This document shows, in pieces, positions 1 to 64,000 of a stretch of DNA of 64,000 bases. The position numbers were made by a program, and so were the translations under genes. Origin of the DNA: the human T2T-CHM13v2.0 reference genome, Homo sapiens. Numbering within the stretch: the stretch's first letter is position 1; each line of letters starts with the position of its first letter. Under the pieces are notes generated by a model that did not search any database, was not told where the DNA came from, and saw nothing but the letters and a program-made list of their open reading frames with translations. Location of the stretch: the NCBI RefSeq assembly GCF_009914755.1, contig NC_060925.1, one strand, 5' to 3'.

Positions 1-559
<559 letters not shown>

Positions 560-1367
560 TTAAAGTGCTTTAGTTTTTAAAGTAACTTAGTATTCAGTGT
601 TATTATATCTTTGGTGTATTCTCTGTTATGCACCTCACACTACACCAACTTGATCCATTATTTTATGCAGCAACCTACTGAGCAGGAGAAAAAGAATAAG
701 AGGAGCAAAAGATGGTAGACTTGATGGACTTCAAGTTTTTATTACTTGCCCGTCTTTTTGCTTATACTTTGCCTTTACACTTAAAAGTTCTTTCATAGAA
801 GCATCTATCTGATCCTGAAGCAGGAAAGAGAAGATTAAAAACAAAACAAAAAACAGAGCAAGAAAAGTCTAGTTGAAGCTGGTAACCTAAAACTTCAGCT
901 GGTCACCTTCCTTACCATTTAACATGACATAGTAAAATAACCACCTTTGTAGAAAACTGAATAGTTAAGAAGCTTAGGCAAATTATTAATGTAAAACAAG
1001 CACAGACTTGCTAAATAATGATAAGCTAGTAAAACTATAACTCTCTAGCGCTTTCAATGGAGTACCCCACTGTCACCACCTCTCAAGGTAAATAACATGG
1101 GAATCGGTCAATATTTTAATCTAGGCTTTGCAAATTTCAGGAAGTTACTTTCATATTCAGTTTCTCCTCTGTTGCTATAACAAGCAAATAGAAAAAGTAG
1201 CATTCTTTGAATATTTTTGTACATGGCTCTTGGGAGGACTAAAAAGTGTATAGTACACAGTGCCAGATGCAGGCTAAATGCGTTCCATTCCTAGTAACTG
1301 GGTTCGTTCTTTAGAAGAGAAGAAACATTTACTACTATTAGCATTCGGAGAAAAAATATACGGAGTA

Positions 1368-2355
1368 CAGCAGGTCCTTGAATAACATTGTTTTGTTTGA
1401 TGTCATTTCATCATAACGTTTTAGAGAAAAAAAACATGATCCCCAGCCGAAGCCACTGTCTGTGTGGAGCATGTGCATTCTCCCCATGTCTGTGTGAGTT
1501 TTCTCTGGGAACTCCAGTTTCATTCCACATCCCAAAGCTGCACACATTAGGTGAACTGGTGAGTCTAAATGCTCCCGGTCTGAGTGTCGGTGTGTGTGAG
1601 TGTGCCCTGCAATGGAATGATGTCTTATCCAGGGCTGGTTCCTGCCTTGAGCCCTGAGCTACAAGGATGGGCTCTGGCCACCCAAAACCCTGAACTAGAA
1701 TAAATGGGTAAATAATTATCTTGTCTTTATTCATCTTTCTTAAATGTATATACAGCTCACATTTGTTTCAATTAGAAGTGTTTGGGTCTTTATTAGAGGT
1801 CTGTGTAATGCAAAAATAATAATTTTAAAAAGAAAAGACAAAATATTAAAAAAGAAAAAGAAAAAATGAAGACAACAACAACAATAAAAAAACACAAGAA
1901 GTTTGTGTAATGCGATGTTTTTGAGATCAGAAATATGCCGTGGTAACTTCTTCTTTTTTTTTTTTTTTTTTTGAGATAGAGTCTTGCTGTTGCCCAGGCT
2001 GGAGTACAGTGGCACAATATCTCAGCTCACTCCAAGCTTTCCCTCCTGGGTTCATGCCATTCTCCTGCCTCAGCCTCCCAAGTAGCTGGGACTACAGGCA
2101 CCCGCCACCACACCCAGCTAATTTTTTGCATTTTTAGTAGAGACAGGGTTTCACTGTGTTAGCAAGGATGGTCTCGATCTCCTGACCTTATGATCTGCCC
2201 ACCTCAGCCTCCCAAAGTGCTGGGATTACAGGCATGAGCCACCGCACCTGGCCTACTTAATTTCTTGTTTATCTCAATTAGCCTATTGTTGTTATGCACC
2301 ATTTTGCTTAAAGTCTCAGTTTCCAAGAACCTATGAACAATATTAAGACTTACTA
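1368..2355 (+). mobile_element. MER6 (TcMar-Tigger) DNA transposon interrupted by a minus-strand AluY-like element (~1952..2252)
   Basis: begins TA|cagcaggtccttgaataac; internal ccactgtctgtgtggag...cacatcccaaag segment; ends ccaagaacctat...cttacta. Confidence 0.8.
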
Positions 2356-2917
2356 TATTTTGAAACACAGACATGGTATACAGTAGGCATTCAATAAATG
2401 TAAGTCAGACTAAACTGAAGTCAGATTTATTTCAGTATCACATTAGTATTAAAATACCTAATAAAAGTACCTGCCCAATTACCAAAGAAATTTAGATCTT
2501 TTTACCTTAAGCTGACTTTTCATAACCTCAACAGTGATATTTTATGAAAGCATGATGTAACCCATTAACCCAAAAGGATGGGTGATGGATTCGTAGTTGA
2601 CTGTCACTCCAAGTACAACGGTTGCTTCTGTTACTATTCCACCCATAATTAAGCTGACCAAAAATTGGCACAGAATCTCAATATATTCTACTTATACAAT
2701 GAATAAATTTGAAGACCAAAGCCCTTCCCTCCAAATTACACCTAAAAAGGAGTACATATTTAGTGTCCAACAGATACAGTGCAAAATGCTCCCAACCTCC
2801 CCATGAGGTAAGAAACATCTGGAATTTATATCCTAAACTCATACATCCAGCAGCATTTATTCCTTGAAGCAAAGCTGTTTTAGATAATCATGGTTCTGCG
2901 GGATCTCAACAGGCTAT

Positions 2918-2997
2918 TTAGGCTGCTGCAAAAGTAACTGTGGTTTTTGCCATTAAAAGTAATGGTAAGAACCGCAATTACTTTTGCACTGACCTAA
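2918..2997. mobile_element. MADE1 (Hsmar1 mariner MITE), full-length 80-bp palindrome
   Basis: ttaggctgctgcaaaagtaactgtggtttttgccatt-aaaagt-aatggtaagaaccgcaattacttttgcactgacctaa. Confidence 0.92.
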
Positions 2998-3698
2998 TAA
3001 AGGATTTCTCAACAGTTCACAATGGAGAGACAGAAAAATATTAACTCCTGGGGCAAGACCTCAAAATATGAGGTCAAATATTCATGAATCAAAGTATCTT
3101 AGGTGGCAGTGTTTCATGTCAGGTGCCAGCAACTTGTTGATAAGGTGAAGAACTTACTGAATTCTCCAGCCTGAGCCTAGGACCCTGACAGGACAACAGA
3201 TCTGACATTTTAGAACAAATCCCCTTCCCGCCACACAAGTCAAGCCTAGTGGTGTACCATACCTCTCTGTGTATGTGCCACAGCCTAAATTCTACAATTT
3301 TTGGCAGCTCATCAGGGGCTGAATTGTTTTTCGTTGCAGTACTATTTATCTGATCATGTCTTAAACTATGCTGCTGTTTGAGGAGAACTACATACCTTCA
3401 TTATTAAATACGATCTTTCACAGTCTATACAGATGCCATTCCCTTTGTCTCTTACCTACATCAAGTAAGCCCATTTCACACTAGGTGCCACACCTACTTG
3501 GCTAAATGTTTTGCCTAAGGACATACTGAAACAAGAATATAATTTATACTTCAGTCAAAATGTCATATAATTTGAAGGCTCTGCTATGAAAAGCTGGAGA
3601 TAATCACAGGTCAAAAACCTCTTGACAATCCATTTGTTATTCCTTGAATACACCTTGTACCTGCTGACCTCTACCTCTGCTGGTACTGTCCTCTACAC

Positions 3699-3880
3699 CA
3701 GGAGTTCTCAAAGCATGGTCCCTGGGACAGTAGCATCTGCATCACCTGAGAAACATTTTAGAAATGCGTATTCTCCACGTGCTCTGAATCTACTGCAGAA
3801 GAAAGTCAAAGGGCAGGGCCTAGCAATCCATGTTTTACCAAGCCAGTAATTCTGGTGCACAGTAAAGCTTGAGAACCATG
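3699..3880. mobile_element. MER5A-like hAT-Charlie element
   Basis: caggagttctcaaagcatggtcc...gcatcacctgag...agcttgagaaccatg terminal pattern. Confidence 0.7.
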
Positions 3881-4179
3881 GTTCCACACTTAAAGAGTGC
3901 CTTGTTGTGATCTTTGTTCCCCCATAATGGCTGCTTCTACTTCAGGATGATTTTAAATATCCTTTATAAATGATTTCCACCTTTGTTGCCACTTAAGAAC
4001 ACAAACCCTTTACATAGCAACTTATACATATCACAAAGGATTACAGTCACATCACATAAGAGTACACTGAGTCTGTATGTTTCCTTCCCCAGTAAGTCAC
4101 CCCTCCACTAGATTATGAGCTTCTTATATATATTTTCAGAGCTTGGCACATAGCAGGTATCAATCAATGTTGATTATTA

Positions 4180-53757
<49,578 letters not shown>

Positions 53758-54368
53758 CTCCACCAGTCCGCTGGTCCACCTGTCAGTACGCCTGGCTCGT
53801 GCCAGAACTACGGAGGACCCCGCGAAAGGAAGAAGATGCAACGTGTGCGCGTACCCGACGCCGCCGCAGCCTTCGCTCCGCCCCTGCGCCGCAGCTACTG
53901 CCGACACCGCGCACGCCGCGGTGCGACATCGTCGCGCGCCGTCTTCGTCCCCGCCCGCAGGTTCCAGAGCCTGCTACCCCTCCTCTTGGCCGCCAGGGTT
54001 AGAACGGCCTGCGTGGCCTTTCGTGCTGCGGTGGGAAAGACGCTGAAGTGGACGGGACTTTACGACACTTCGTCAAGTCAGCAGGTCGTAAAACAGCAGG
54101 TTGTAAAACCATCTTTAAGATGGGATAGGCGTTTATGTGAAGCACGAAACAAAAGCATGCACTGTCTTTATGTAAAAAGAAAAGTCCTGGAAGCATACAC
54201 ACGATAGCCATGATTACGTTGGGAATGGGAGAAGTTTTTCTCGTTGTTTATTTTATACATTCCCCCCCGTTTTTTTTTTTCCAAAACAAGAACGTATTTT
54301 CAAGAGTTATTTGCGTGTTGAAAATAATGGTTAAAGGAAATATAAAAGACTCTTTAAAAATCACTGCA

Positions 54369-63727
<9,359 letters not shown>

Positions 63728-64000
63728 AAGGAGAGAGACTAGAACAGAATCTTGGTAAACAGTGACATTTAAGGGAAGGAAGACAAAGAGAAAGCAATAA
63801 AGGAGACTGAGTAGGAGTGGCTAGGTGAAAAAAGAAAGCCAGGACAATGAGAAGAGACTTACAGGAGGGAGGGCTCAAAGGTGTCAAGACCACAGAGACC
63901 TCTTCCTGCTAGATTATGACACTTCTATAAAATAATACTATATTACCTTATCTAGTGAGTCCTAGAGTTAAATGATTATCAGTCCCTGAATTTCTTAAAA

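Noticed and set aside
63730-64000. Possible 3' end of the neighbouring gene (BPNT1 expected upstream of EPRS1)
   Set aside because: No exon or coding sequence is recognisable within the window; from memory it lies just beyond the right edge.

Overview
Human (or very close great-ape) genomic DNA carrying the 5' part of EPRS1 (bifunctional glutamyl-prolyl-tRNA synthetase) on the minus strand. I reconstructed 18 coding exons by hand from the ATG at 53757 down to 4285. All have GT-AG boundaries and consistent phases, and they total 2541 nt (codons 1-847): the GST-like domain, the class I GluRS catalytic domain (HIGH and VLSKR motifs), the anticodon-binding domain, WHEP repeat 1 and half of WHEP repeat 2. 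The gene continues beyond base 1. A CpG-island promoter lies at about 53.4-54.1 kb, with a C/EBP-ATF (ATF4) element just inside intron 1. The rest is intron and upstream intergenic DNA densely filled with Alus, plus L1, L2, MIR, MaLR and DNA-transposon relics; repeat boundaries and subfamilies are by eye and approximate. I see no wholly new gene system. The most interesting signals are splicing-level: a frame-preserving 21-nt microexon (LRALCKK) at the catalytic/anticodon-domain hinge, two AG|GTAAG recursive-splice or poison-exon-like sites in introns 12 and 13, and an intron-18 read-through that would give a truncated EPRS. There are also a uORF and a TOP-like tract in the 5' leader, and a 3x105-bp tandem repeat. 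Most ORFs in the supplied track are Alu-derived noise.
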